64,000 nucleotides of DNA from Candidatus Hydrogenedentota bacterium (lineage in GTDB: Bacteria > Hydrogenedentota > Hydrogenedentia > Hydrogenedentales > SLHB01): NCBI GenBank assembly GCA_045863295.1, contig BTWA01000002.1:258146-322145 (forward strand), written 5' to 3'. How positions within the stretch are numbered: position 1 is the stretch's first letter; the number at the start of each line of letters is the position of its first letter. Shown here one piece after another: positions 28,826 to 38,859 of the stretch. Position numbers and translations under genes: made by a program. The notes beneath the pieces were generated by a model. The model ran no database searches and had not been told where the DNA came from. It was given only the letters and a program-made list of their open reading frames with translations.

Positions 28826-31800
28826 GGTGTGGCGGATGGGGCCGAAGTCACCGTTCCTTCAGGTGCGTTCATCATGGCCAAGGCGAAACCCCACGTATTG
28901 TAGTTGTTGCCGATTTCGACGACGATTCGATTCTGGCCCTGCACGAGGGTTGCGTCGAAGCGATCCTGATCCCAGAACAGATTGCGCCCTTCGTAGTTTT
29001 CGTGGACTTTTTTTCCATTGATCCAGACACGGGTCCAGTCGTCCGATGCGTGCGAGAACGTGACTTGAGCTTCGGCGGGGCATGTGACATCCGTGACTGC
29101 CAGGACGGCTTTCCGTGGTGTCTCCTGGAATTCGAGATCGAGAATTCGATCCATCCAGAGGATGCCGCCGGGTTGCAGGGGAGAGAGCGGCTTCCAGGAC
29201 CTACCGTTTGCCTTGAGTGGCGAGGCCTGAGCCAGCACCGATGTGATGCCAGTTGACGGATCCTGTTGCATGGAACTAGCGCCTTCAGGCAGTGCGTACA
29301 TGTCCGAAATGGTCCAATCGACAATTTGCTTCCCGTTCATGACGGCCTCCTCCAATTCCCTGCCATTCACCGCAAGATCAGCGGCGAGATCGGAGAGATT
29401 GCCATGAAGGCCGTGGTATTTTTGGTTCTGAACGCAGAGACTGAGCAAATCAGAACAACGGTCGTTGTCAGGTACCTTGGGGACTGCCTCTTTCGCCAGT
29501 CTGCGTAAGACATCGGGCGCGGCGTTTGAGCATAGTGCGTTCCATGCGGTGGTTGCACGCAACCGTTCAGTGGAGGACAGGCGACAAAAATAGGTGAACG
29601 CGCGATCAATTTCACCTTGTTGTGCACAAAGTGTGGTCAACGCTTCCAGTGCCGTTCGCTGGGTATCGGGTCTGCATCCCCCTTGGACGACTTTCTCATA
29701 GTAGCGGCGCGCCAGCGCTAAATCGCCTGCCTCTTCCGCGATTGCGGCTGCTTCGGCGGCGGATTGGCCGTAAACCATGGGGTCATCGAGCAACGAGTTC
29801 AGGCTTTCAATAGCATTTTGCGTTTGCCCCGCTTCCGCGTCAATGGCTGCGAACGCCAACTTTGCCTGACTGGGCGAGGTTACTACCGAAGCTAATTTCT
29901 CTCTGAAGTTGTTTGCGAGCGATTCGTCTCCGCACCTGCCAACGAGCCTGTAGATCCGGTAAGAGCCGATCACGGAACGCGGATTCAAGTCGAGCAAGCG
30001 CAGATAGGCGGTTGCAGAGGCCGCGGGATCGGCTTCCCATAGGCCGCGGGCGGCATGGTTAAGGCTTTCTGCATTGGCATCGGGATCAGCGACGATCTTT
30101 TTGTATCGCACCGTGGCCTCGGCCTTGTCTCCAATGGTCTCCCAACAGGAGGCCGTAATGATGAGCGTTTCGTTGTCGGGTTCCTGAATTTCCATCAGCA
30201 ACAGCCGCAAGGTGTCCACGGCGGAATCGACTCCGCGCGTTGTCCGATCTCTCAATCCTTGACAGACTGCGAGTTGCAGCACTGGGTCGCTGTTCAAATT
30301 GGGAATTGCTGATACATTGTCAAGCAGGCGGTTGTCATCGAGCAATTGCCGGTAGATGCCGACGATTTGATCCCGTGTATTTTCATTGACTTTGGATCGA
30401 ACATTTCGCATAACCTCTTGCCACGACTCCGCAGGGGCACCAGCCTTTATGAGTGCATCGGCATAGGTCCGCGCCAACCACATGTCGCCCAATTGATTCT
30501 GCAACTCGTCGCGAAACATTTCGACGGCGAGGGCGTACTGTCTAGCCTGCACGAGCTCTCCAAACAGGTGCCTCCAGTTCTGATTGTGACTTTCCTCCCG
30601 CAGTGCGTCTTTGGCTTCGTCCATCCTTCCCGTCATCGCCAGTGCCGCGGCCCGTGTTGGCAAGTAGTGCACTTTGCTTGCATCTTCTCCCGCTGATGCG
30701 ATGTCGGCCGAGGCTTTTTCTCCGTCGCCGATATATATGTAAAGTTTTGCTCGCTCCATGTATTCACCGGGGCGATTTGTCTGAAGCTGCATGTTGTCAA
30801 TCGCGGCACGAGCGCGATCGGGGCAATCCAATTCCATGTACTGCACTACCAGTGTTTGGGCTGCGGCTGAATCGAGCAGGGAATGGTCGACCAGGTACCG
30901 GTGGCATGCCTCAAGTTCTTTCAATGCATCGGCACGATTTCGGGACGAACCGATCATGCCCATGAGCTGGTTGCGCACCTCCTGCTTGTCGCCGATTTTA
31001 TCCAATGCGGCAAATGAGATATTTCTTGCATGCTCGAACTCATCAATGCGTGTAAAGAACTTGGCAAGGCCCAAATGTGTTGCGGCCGAGGAATCGCCCT
31101 TGGAGCGCAGCTTTTCTTCCAAACGGAGCGCGAGTGCCCGGGCGCCGATGTAGTCGTCCAGGGCGCGTGACAAATCGTCGGAGCGGTTTCCATACCACTG
31201 ACCGTACTGTGTACTTGTAGCGGGACTTACGGTTGTACTTTGAATCAGCAGTTTCATGGCTAGAGCTTCCGCGTTCTCCACGTCGCCCTCCGCCAAAAGT
31301 GCCTTAATCGTGGCGGCGGGCGGCAGTTGCGCAAGGGCATCTTCTCCACCGCTCCTAAGGGACGCGAGCAATTCCCGTGTCTCCGCTTCGTACGACCAAT
31401 TAGAGAGAAAGGTGAAGTAGTCCGAGAGTGTGGCTTGCGTTGGATTGGCTTCGTGTCTACGCCGAAACACGTCCCGGCTCCAGTGGGGGTCGCCAGCATT
31501 GGCAATGTGGTGGGCGAACAGCGATTCCACATCGCCGCGTTTTTCATCCGGTGTAAGCGCGAGAAACTTGTCACGAAGGGCAAATGCGTTCACGTTGGCC
31601 CGATAGTCAAAAGCAATCTCCAGAAGTCCGCGGATTCTCTCGGGACCGGGATCCCGCATCGCCCATGCGGAGAGGACTTCGATTGCTTCTCCCGGCTTTT
31701 TTCGATCCAGTAGCACGCGTCCGTAGCGAGTAACGTAGTCGGGCGACTCCGGATTCAACTCGGTCAATTGTCTGAGAACTGTCTCCTGTTTTTCGTGCTG

Positions 31801-34800
31801 ATCGAGCCTGCCGAGGTAATCAACATACAGGGAGAGCAGGCGTTCGTCATCGGTGCGGGAGGCCAGGAGCGGGGTCATGACGCGATCGAGATCTTGCGGC
31901 GACGGATCAATTCGTTGCAGATAGCTCTCGATCATACGGCTCGAGTTGGCCGCGGACACGCCGAGAACTTCCGATTCGACAAAGGGCCGCAATGCCCGGT
32001 TGTTTCCCGCCGCATCGACGAAGACATCGTCCATCTGCTGCGCAGCGTTTTCATCGCTGGCCGCTTTTGCACGCGATTCGCGGTAATATGCGGCCGCTTC
32101 CTCAGCCATGTCCTGTTGCAGCATATTTCTGAGCACCTGGACCTGAGCCCATCCGCCTCCCTGATCAGCCGCGTCCTTTTTCCATGCCTCGATTGCATTG
32201 GTCTTATCGCCGTTTTTCAAGTAGAGAGCGGCGAGTTTGCTCCAATTCCGGTTTCCGCCCGGAATGAGTTCTTCCTTTAGAATAGTGATGGCTTTTTCGA
32301 AGTCGCCCTGCTTTTCCGCGACCACGACCATTTCTTCGTAGATGCTCGAGCGCACATAGCGATTGTTCGAATCAGAGGAGGCCAGGGATGCAAGCGCGTG
32401 TTCCAGACTGGCCATGGCATCGGCATACCGGTTTTCGTGCTTTGCGATGGCGACCGTGAATCTCAGCGTGCGGGGACTCTCCGGCGATTTTTCTTTCATG
32501 CCGGCGAGGCGTTGCTTAAGTTCCTCCATCGCATCGACGTCGCCAAAAAGGGAAACGATTCGATCGGCGGTTTGGAATCCTTCTACTTGCTGAGAATCCT
32601 TGGCATCTGACCGATCCATCAATTCCCTTAGGGCGTCGAGGGCTTCCGGGTCTTTGTCTTGCCGCGCATATGCATCTGCGATTGCGATACGGACGTGGTC
32701 GCGGTTCGCGTCGATTCGAATTGCGCGCTGAAAAGCTTCCGCGGCCCGCTCGTAATCCTGGTCATTGAACCATTGTTGCGCCATTCGCTCGAGTTCGTCG
32801 GGATTGGTTGTACGTTCTATGGCGCTTTGCTCAATTGCGGCAAGTTGATCTTGCTGACCGGCCTGTTTGTAGGCTTCCCGGATTTGCATATTCATGGAAA
32901 AGTAGAGCCGCGGGTTTCTGCGAAGCAGGTCTTCGTAAATTCCTATGGCGTCTTTTGCACGGTTGTTCTGCATGAGGAATTCCGCGAATTGCGTTTTGGC
33001 GTCCGTGGAGTTCGGGCGCATTGCTATAAGCTCTTCGTAGAGCTTGACGGCATCGTCAATCCGGTTTGTGGACTGATAGATGCGAATCAAATATTGACGC
33101 CATGTGGTGGACGCGGGTTGAGCCGCCAGGCGATCTTCAAATTCCGAGACGAGTTCCTGTACTCGTTCAGACCGCATGTAGCAATTAAAAAGATAGTTGA
33201 ATGCGACATCCGCGCCCTGCCGCAATTGGGAGTTGTTCATAGCGGCCTGCGCAGGAATGGTTCCGACTTCCCGTTCCCACCATTTGCGGGCCCATTCCAA
33301 TGCTTTGTCATTAAGCCCAGCAGATTCATACGCATTGAGCAGCGAGGACATGACCTGTCGTGACGTACTTGGCGTGGAAGTGTACTTTTCCAGCAGGGCG
33401 ATGGCTTTTTCCGGCTGTTTGGCCTGCACAAGTCGACGTGCGATGGCGTCGATTTGGCGAGTACTATTCACTTGTGGACCGAACGATTCCGCGAGCGCAA
33501 TAGCGTCGTCGATTTTATTCTGTATCAGGGCAAGATTGATGCGTGCATCGCCAATTGGATTGGCCAAGGTTGGCGCGATTGTGGCGAGCCGAGCGTAGCC
33601 TTTTTCCATTTCTTCGTACTTCTCAAGCCGGTGCAAGAAATAGAGTTCCAGATTGGCGGCATTGACGTCGGCCGGATCCAGTTCACGCAATTTGCCTGCC
33701 CATTCCGCTGCTTCGGCGAATTGCTCGGTAAAATCAAGGTAGCAGAGCATGAGAACGAGAGTCTGCCTGCCATAGGCACGATCCGTATCGGATTCCCCGT
33801 TAAAACACAATTCGGCTTCGGATCTCAGCCGGTCAACGATGGGTTTCAATTCTTCCTGGGTTTCCGACATTTGAAATAGTTGGTTAAAGGCTTCGATGCG
33901 AGAGTAATCAATCGGCACGGTAACCTGGTAGGTTAGCGCACGCAGATCGTTTCGCCCGCCTCGCCGTCCGATATTTCTATCCGGGGAATACACCTGTTGC
34001 CGGTATCCGGAGAAGTATCGGTTCAGGCCCGGCTGATCCGATCGATGGAAGATAGCCGTTTCGTATGCCTCGCGTGCCTTGGCTTCATCGCCCCTATCGC
34101 GGTAGAACGATGCCGATTGCATGCGATAGTCCACGGCACGTTGAGGGTCCATTTCTATAAGGCGTTGATTCAGCTGGTCGAACGTCTCAGCGTCTCCTTC
34201 CGACCGATAGAATTGCGCGGCTTGCTGCAAAGTGCCTGCATCGTCCGGGTGACTGGCAAGTAGTTGTTCAATCAGGTTGCGGGCCTTGTCGGGTTCTTGG
34301 CGGACCCGGTAAAGGCGTGCCGTCGCAAATTTGGTGTTCAGGGATTGTTGCGGGTCGATTTGGGCGATTTCGTGGTAGATGGCCTCTACTTTGTCGAATT
34401 CCTTTTCCTGTTGAAGCATATTGGCGAGGTTCCAGCGGATATCAATGTTGCCTGGCTGGCGGGCGGCCAACCGAGTCGCCACTTGGATGGCTTCGTTCTT
34501 CTTTCCAGCCAGCGAGTAGAACTGCAACAGATCTTCCTGGATATTCAGGTTGTCTGGGATGTCCAACGCGCGTTTTTCCATTTTTGCGAGAATCTCATCC
34601 AAACCTTCCAAGCGTTGTGCGATTTCATAAATAGATTGGACGATTGCTGCGCGCAGCCCCTTCACTCCTTGTCCTTGTATTCCGAAGTAGCGCATTCGAG
34701 CCTGACGGGAACCAGCCCACATTTGCGCGGGCATTGCTCCTGGCAATGGACTGGTGGTTGTAGAGCCCGTTTGCTGTTGTAGAGCCGTCGGGGTGGGCTC

Positions 34801-37677
34801 GTTTTCCCATTGCACGGTTTCAAGCAGATCCGTGAGTTCCGCGAGTGCTTCGTCGCTACGATCTTGGGAGGCGAGCAGTTGCGCGGTTTCGAACCGGAAG
34901 TTGTAGTCGGTGGGGTCGAGCTTGATCGCGCGACTTCTCGCTGCGAGTGCTTCATCGAGCAGGCCGTGGTTGCTGTACGCCCTAGCGACTGTTTTGGCGG
35001 CTGCGGCGTCGTTTGGAGCGATGGCTTCAATCTGATTCCATGCTTGCATGGCCTTCTCGAAATCACCCAGTGCGGCATAGGCCAGGCCGAGCCGATCCAG
35101 ATCCAGGACAGTGGGCTTGCCGGCCAATTGAATCAGTTGCTCGTGCACCTGGACTACCTTGTCCAATCGATTGGCTTCATGTGCGACAATCATCAGAGAG
35201 CGGAGCGCTGCTTCTTTGTCGTCCGCGGCTTCGGCCGCGCTTTCGGCGATTTCCAACGCGGCTTGAAAATTGCCGATCGCTTTGTGAATCGCGGCGAGTT
35301 CCTGATATGGCAGGAGAGCCTGAGGTGTCTTGCGCACCCGGTCTTGAAACTCCTGCAAGAGGTCCGCGATTTTGTTTTGTTGCACGTAAATTGCCGCGAG
35401 GCGGGAGACGGCTTCAATGCGCACGGCATCGGCGGTTGCACTTTCCCGCATTCGCCGGAAGGTCTCTTGGGCTTCGCCCCACTTTTCAAAGCGCACGAGT
35501 GCATCGCCGTATTCCCGATACAACTCCGGATCGTCCGGTTTTAGGCGCAATGCGTTCCGGTATTGCTGGAGTCCCTCGTCTTTCTTGTCCGTCTGTAAGT
35601 AGACCTGGGCCAGCACCGAGCGCGCGTCGGCATCCGCGGGAGCCAGTTCCACCACTTTCTCTGCAGATTCAATCGCTTTTTGCGTTTCGCCGGAGGCGCG
35701 GTGGAGTTGGACGAGTTGACGGTAGTAGGCACCGGCGCGCGTGGGATCCAGGCCGATCAGTTTTTCAAAGGTTTCCATGGCGAGCGTGTTCTGCCGCAAC
35801 ATCGTGTAGATATCGGCCATTTGTCGGAGGTGCTCAGGCTGATCAGGTTCGAGTTCCGCGCATTGCTTCAGCAAGTCTACCGCACGGTCTTTGTCTCCCA
35901 TGCGCAGATACAGTCTGGCAAGTCGTTGTCTCGGCGGTACTGCGCCTGGATTCTGGACGACCTCGTTCTCCCACGACTTTTGCTTGTCCGCGAGGACTCC
36001 CTGGGCGAAGTAGACATCGAGCAAGCCACGCTCCCCGAGCATTTGGAAGTATTCATTGTCCTGCAACCCTGCAAGCAATGTGAATTGTTCGAGAGCTTGG
36101 TCATAGGCTTCGCGCTTCATCAGTAGCTTGGTCAACGCGGCGCGGTTCTCGTATGCGGCTGGATCCAATGCGATGGCTTTTTCGTATAGCGCTATCGCGT
36201 CGATTTCCGAGCCGCGGGCCGTGAGAATGGCGGCTACCTCGGCATAATCGGATGCACTGCTTTCTGGCGTGAGCGAAGACATCCACAGGGTCTTTGCCTC
36301 GTCGTCAAGGCCTTTGGAATGTTTGATCTCGGCTAGAGTAAAGACCCATTCCTTCTCTTTTCTGATTGCAATGGCCTTTTCAAACGCGTCCGCGGCTTCG
36401 TCGGGGAAATCGTATTGTTCCAACCATTCACCAAGGAGTGCCAAAGCTCCGGCCTCATCGCTGTCCCCGGCAATGCGGTTCCATGCCTTCCTGGCGGCGT
36501 CTATGTTGCCTGCTCGCAGATGGGCTTCGCCCAGCCTGCGCAGGTAGTTGGGGTCTTCGGGAAACATTTCAACCAAACGTTCGAACAGCTGCACCTTTTT
36601 GTCATGCGACGATGTTTCGGTATAGAGGTCAATCAGCATTTCGTAGCTTGCCAAGCGCGCGGGATCCCGTTCGAGCACGGCGAGGATGACGGCCTCCGCT
36701 TCTTCGGTCCTCCCCATTCTTTTGAGTACAACCGCTTTCAGGTCTGTGTTGGCGGCATCGGAGGGGAACTGGGCGATGCGGGCATCCAGGTACGCCAGCA
36801 GTCCGGACAGATCGCCTTTCTTCTCGTACACGGCGACCAATCGGGATTTTAGGTCTTCATACAGCCAGTTTCCCGGCGCAGCCAGGTTCAATGCTTGCTC
36901 ATAGGCGGCAATTGCCTCTGCCGGCAGATCCAGGCGATCGTAATTTTCTCCGATGGAGCGTAACAGCCGGCACTGTAAATACGGGTTGGCTGCGCTCTTT
37001 TCGATAAGCGTCCGGCGGACCTCGATGGCCTCTCGCCACATGAAGTTATCGTCCAGAATGGAGGCCATTTCTTCGTAGGCAAATGAATCGTCCGGGGCCA
37101 TCTCGATGAGCTTTTTCCATGCGTCCAAGGCTTTATCGCGGTTGCCCAAGTGAAGATAGGCATCTCCCAGTAGCCTACAGGCATCGGCTCGCTTACTGGC
37201 ATCGGTCATCCGGTCAACGGCGTTGGCAAGTAGGTCCGCGGCTTCCTGGTAGTTGCCGGCCTCTGCCTTCAGTAGGCCCAGCAAACCGGCGATTTCTGGG
37301 TCATCTTGATTGGCCAATCTGGCATCTTCCAGCAATTTGATCGCATCTCGAGTTCTAAACTGGCGATGAAAGATTCTGGCAAGTATGACTTTGTCTGCGT
37401 CGGTGCCGCCGGCAGACGCCAGTCTTAGCTCCAATGCGTGGACCCAGGCGGCCGCGCCCTCGTTGGCAAGGTAACTTTCGAAAACGTGGTCAAAGGCCTG
37501 TTGACCGAAGGGGTTTTGGCGAAGCGATGCCTCGTACCGTTCCCTTATTTGCCGGTCGCGTTCATTCATTTCCATGGCGGGTTGCGCGAACGAGGCGGCG
37601 CCGCAGCAAACGGCCACTATCATTGTGGTGAGACCTGTACCGTTGGACAGGGCGCGATTAAAAACGTTAATTTTCAT
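28822..37677 (-). CDS. giant (about 2951 aa) exported tetratricopeptide-repeat protein with C-terminal PA14-like domain
   Basis: Signal peptide; dozens of TPR-like units (A..Y..A....P); C-terminal SDDWTRVWINGKKV...LVQGQNRIVV...WGF. Confidence 0.85.
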   Translation of the reverse strand: MKINVFNRALSNGTGLTTMIVAVCCGAASFAQPAMEMNERDRQIRERYEASLRQNPFGQQAFDHVFESYLANEGAAAWVHALELRLASAGGTDADKVILARIFHRQFRTRDAIKLLEDARLANQDDPEIAGLLGLLKAEAGNYQEAADLLANAVDRMTDASKRADACRLLGDAYLHLGNRDKALDAWKKLIEMAPDDSFAYEEMASILDDNFMWREAIEVRRTLIEKSAANPYLQCRLLRSIGENYDRLDLPAEAIAAYEQALNLAAPGNWLYEDLKSRLVAVYEKKGDLSGLLAYLDARIAQFPSDAANTDLKAVVLKRMGRTEEAEAVILAVLERDPARLASYEMLIDLYTETSSHDKKVQLFERLVEMFPEDPNYLRRLGEAHLRAGNIDAARKAWNRIAGDSDEAGALALLGEWLEQYDFPDEAADAFEKAIAIRKEKEWVFTLAEIKHSKGLDDEAKTLWMSSLTPESSASDYAEVAAILTARGSEIDAIALYEKAIALDPAAYENRAALTKLLMKREAYDQALEQFTLLAGLQDNEYFQMLGERGLLDVYFAQGVLADKQKSWENEVVQNPGAVPPRQRLARLYLRMGDKDRAVDLLKQCAELEPDQPEHLRQMADIYTMLRQNTLAMETFEKLIGLDPTRAGAYYRQLVQLHRASGETQKAIESAEKVVELAPADADARSVLAQVYLQTDKKDEGLQQYRNALRLKPDDPELYREYGDALVRFEKWGEAQETFRRMRESATADAVRIEAVSRLAAIYVQQNKIADLLQEFQDRVRKTPQALLPYQELAAIHKAIGNFQAALEIAESAAEAADDKEAALRSLMIVAHEANRLDKVVQVHEQLIQLAGKPTVLDLDRLGLAYAALGDFEKAMQAWNQIEAIAPNDAAAAKTVARAYSNHGLLDEALAARSRAIKLDPTDYNFRFETAQLLASQDRSDEALAELTDLLETVQWENEPTPTALQQQTGSTTTSPLPGAMPAQMWAGSRQARMRYFGIQGQGVKGLRAAIVQSIYEIAQRLEGLDEILAKMEKRALDIPDNLNIQEDLLQFYSLAGKKNEAIQVATRLAARQPGNIDIRWNLANMLQQEKEFDKVEAIYHEIAQIDPQQSLNTKFATARLYRVRQEPDKARNLIEQLLASHPDDAGTLQQAAQFYRSEGDAETFDQLNQRLIEMDPQRAVDYRMQSASFYRDRGDEAKAREAYETAIFHRSDQPGLNRYFSGYRQQVYSPDRNIGRRGGRNDLRALTYQVTVPIDYSRIEAFNQLFQMSETQEELKPIVDRLRSEAELCFNGESDTDRAYGRQTLVLMLCYLDFTEQFAEAAEWAGKLRELDPADVNAANLELYFLHRLEKYEEMEKGYARLATIAPTLANPIGDARINLALIQNKIDDAIALAESFGPQVNSTRQIDAIARRLVQAKQPEKAIALLEKYTSTPSTSRQVMSSLLNAYESAGLNDKALEWARKWWEREVGTIPAQAAMNNSQLRQGADVAFNYLFNCYMRSERVQELVSEFEDRLAAQPASTTWRQYLIRIYQSTNRIDDAVKLYEELIAMRPNSTDAKTQFAEFLMQNNRAKDAIGIYEDLLRRNPRLYFSMNMQIREAYKQAGQQDQLAAIEQSAIERTTNPDELERMAQQWFNDQDYERAAEAFQRAIRIDANRDHVRIAIADAYARQDKDPEALDALRELMDRSDAKDSQQVEGFQTADRIVSLFGDVDAMEELKQRLAGMKEKSPESPRTLRFTVAIAKHENRYADAMASLEHALASLASSDSNNRYVRSSIYEEMVVVAEKQGDFEKAITILKEELIPGGNRNWSKLAALYLKNGDKTNAIEAWKKDAADQGGGWAQVQVLRNMLQQDMAEEAAAYYRESRAKAASDENAAQQMDDVFVDAAGNNRALRPFVESEVLGVSAANSSRMIESYLQRIDPSPQDLDRVMTPLLASRTDDERLLSLYVDYLGRLDQHEKQETVLRQLTELNPESPDYVTRYGRVLLDRKKPGEAIEVLSAWAMRDPGPERIRGLLEIAFDYRANVNAFALRDKFLALTPDEKRGDVESLFAHHIANAGDPHWSRDVFRRRHEANPTQATLSDYFTFLSNWSYEAETRELLASLRSGGEDALAQLPPAATIKALLAEGDVENAEALAMKLLIQSTTVSPATSTQYGQWYGNRSDDLSRALDDYIGARALALRLEEKLRSKGDSSAATHLGLAKFFTRIDEFEHARNISFAALDKIGDKQEVRNQLMGMIGSSRNRADALKELEACHRYLVDHSLLDSAAAQTLVVQYMELDCPDRARAAIDNMQLQTNRPGEYMERAKLYIYIGDGEKASADIASAGEDASKVHYLPTRAAALAMTGRMDEAKDALREESHNQNWRHLFGELVQARQYALAVEMFRDELQNQLGDMWLARTYADALIKAGAPAESWQEVMRNVRSKVNENTRDQIVGIYRQLLDDNRLLDNVSAIPNLNSDPVLQLAVCQGLRDRTTRGVDSAVDTLRLLLMEIQEPDNETLIITASCWETIGDKAEATVRYKKIVADPDANAESLNHAARGLWEADPAASATAYLRLLDLNPRSVIGSYRIYRLVGRCGDESLANNFREKLASVVTSPSQAKLAFAAIDAEAGQTQNAIESLNSLLDDPMVYGQSAAEAAAIAEEAGDLALARRYYEKVVQGGCRPDTQRTALEALTTLCAQQGEIDRAFTYFCRLSSTERLRATTAWNALCSNAAPDVLRRLAKEAVPKVPDNDRCSDLLSLCVQNQKYHGLHGNLSDLAADLAVNGRELEEAVMNGKQIVDWTISDMYALPEGASSMQQDPSTGITSVLAQASPLKANGRSWKPLSPLQPGGILWMDRILDLEFQETPRKAVLAVTDVTCPAEAQVTFSHASDDWTRVWINGKKVHENYEGRNLFWDQDRFDATLVQGQNRIVVEIGNNYNTWGFALAMMNAPEGTVTSAPSATP

Positions 37678-37816
37678 CGTCCAGGTTCCTCGCAATGTAC
37701 CGCAGCCTTGGAACGATTGTAGAATACCCTATTTCGTGGAATGGTTCTCGCGCGTGGTATTACACGGAGGTTACGGCTTCGGCGATTGCCTGGCGGGAGG
37801 GGATTGTCAATACAAT

Positions 37817-37853
37817 CGCCCCTTTGGGTTGGAATTTCCAGCCCAAAGGGGCG
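37817..37853. terminator. long hairpin just downstream of tRNA-Val (probable terminator)
   Basis: CGCCCCTTTGGGTTGGA-ATT-TCCAGCCCAAAGGGGCG. Confidence 0.6.
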
Positions 37854-37866
37854 CAAGAGATACCAT

Positions 37867-37943
37867 TGGTGGGCGACAGTGGGCTCGAACCACTGACCTC
37901 CGCCGTGTGAAGACGGCGCTCTAACCAACTGAGCTAGTCGCCC
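37867..37943 (-). tRNA. tRNA-Val (anticodon CAC)
   Basis: GGGCGACTAGCTCAGTTGGTTAGAGCGCCGTCTTCACACGGCGGAGGTCAGTGGTTCGAGCCCACTGTCGCCCACCA; full cloverleaf, encoded CCA. Confidence 0.97.
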
Positions 37944-37970
37944 GGATCGAGGGGGAAGCCTATCAAATAG

Positions 37971-38855
37971 GTGCCTGCCGGGTCAACCTATCCTCGGCGT
38001 TTCGGCGTGATACCGACAGGAAGTGGTCTGCGCAAGCCGAATGTTTTACATTGGTTGCGCTTATGCGCCGTTCTATGGGCGCGGTATTGGAGTCTCGAGT
38101 TGCGGGAACGCGCGTTTACATTGGTCGATCGGGCAAAGGCAGTGGTGGGCAACCGATGGCTTGACCGTGCCTGGGGCCTTTTTCTTGGGGATCCACTGGG
38201 GTTGGTGTACCGCGCCACGGAGTTTTCGTGGGTTGTCGATCCTCCCTCCGATTGGGAATTGGTGGTTCAAGGGAGTTCAATCAACGCTTCCAATGTACAG
38301 TCAGTGGAGTGGACCGAGGAGAATTGTCCGCATGGGGCTGCTTTGACAGCAACTCGAACGATTGAAGGCCTGACGTTCGGACTTCATACAATGGCGTTTC
38401 ATGACGCGCCGGTGTTGGTGCGCACATTGAAGATGTTGAATTTGTCTGGTGAGGTGCTGACTCTTGATCGAGCTTGTGTCGATTCATTTAACTTCGGCAC
38501 GGACGACGTGAGGTTTCATACGGAACCACTTGCGGCGTTCGCGGATCTGCCCGGTGAAAATGCCTGGCAGCCGTCGTCCGAGACGGTAACGGCCATCTCG
38601 GGTGACAGCGGTCTGGTGTTGGGGCATGAGCGCGGTCTTCGTCTGGAGGGTGATTCGGGACTTTTCCGGTTCGAGATAAAGGGGCCCTTCGAGCTTCCGC
38701 CGGGCCGATGGACGGTTCTGCCTTCGGCCTACGTATTTGCTTTCTCGGGTTCACTCACGACTCGGGTGGCGGCTCTGCACCAAGGCATTGCCAAGTTGAT
38801 CTCCGCGTATCGACAACCTGAATTGCCGGCCGACGCCGGTGATCCCGTCGAGTAG
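37971..38855 (+). CDS. hypothetical protein, weakly GH36 N-terminal-domain-like; start uncertain
   Basis: Fills the gap up to the next gene; beta-rich; VLVRTLKMLNLSGEVLTL and ELPPG...LPSAY segments. Confidence 0.5.
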   Translation: MPAGSTYPRRFGVIPTGSGLRKPNVLHWLRLCAVLWARYWSLELRERAFTLVDRAKAVVGNRWLDRAWGLFLGDPLGLVYRATEFSWVVDPPSDWELVVQGSSINASNVQSVEWTEENCPHGAALTATRTIEGLTFGLHTMAFHDAPVLVRTLKMLNLSGEVLTLDRACVDSFNFGTDDVRFHTEPLAAFADLPGENAWQPSSETVTAISGDSGLVLGHERGLRLEGDSGLFRFEIKGPFELPPGRWTVLPSAYVFAFSGSLTTRVAALHQGIAKLISAYRQPELPADAGDPVE

Positions 38856-38859
38856 CGTT

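Noticed and set aside
26972..37943. Integrative island anchored at tRNA-Val
   Set aside because: No integrase and no duplicate of the tRNA 3' end were found by eye in this window.
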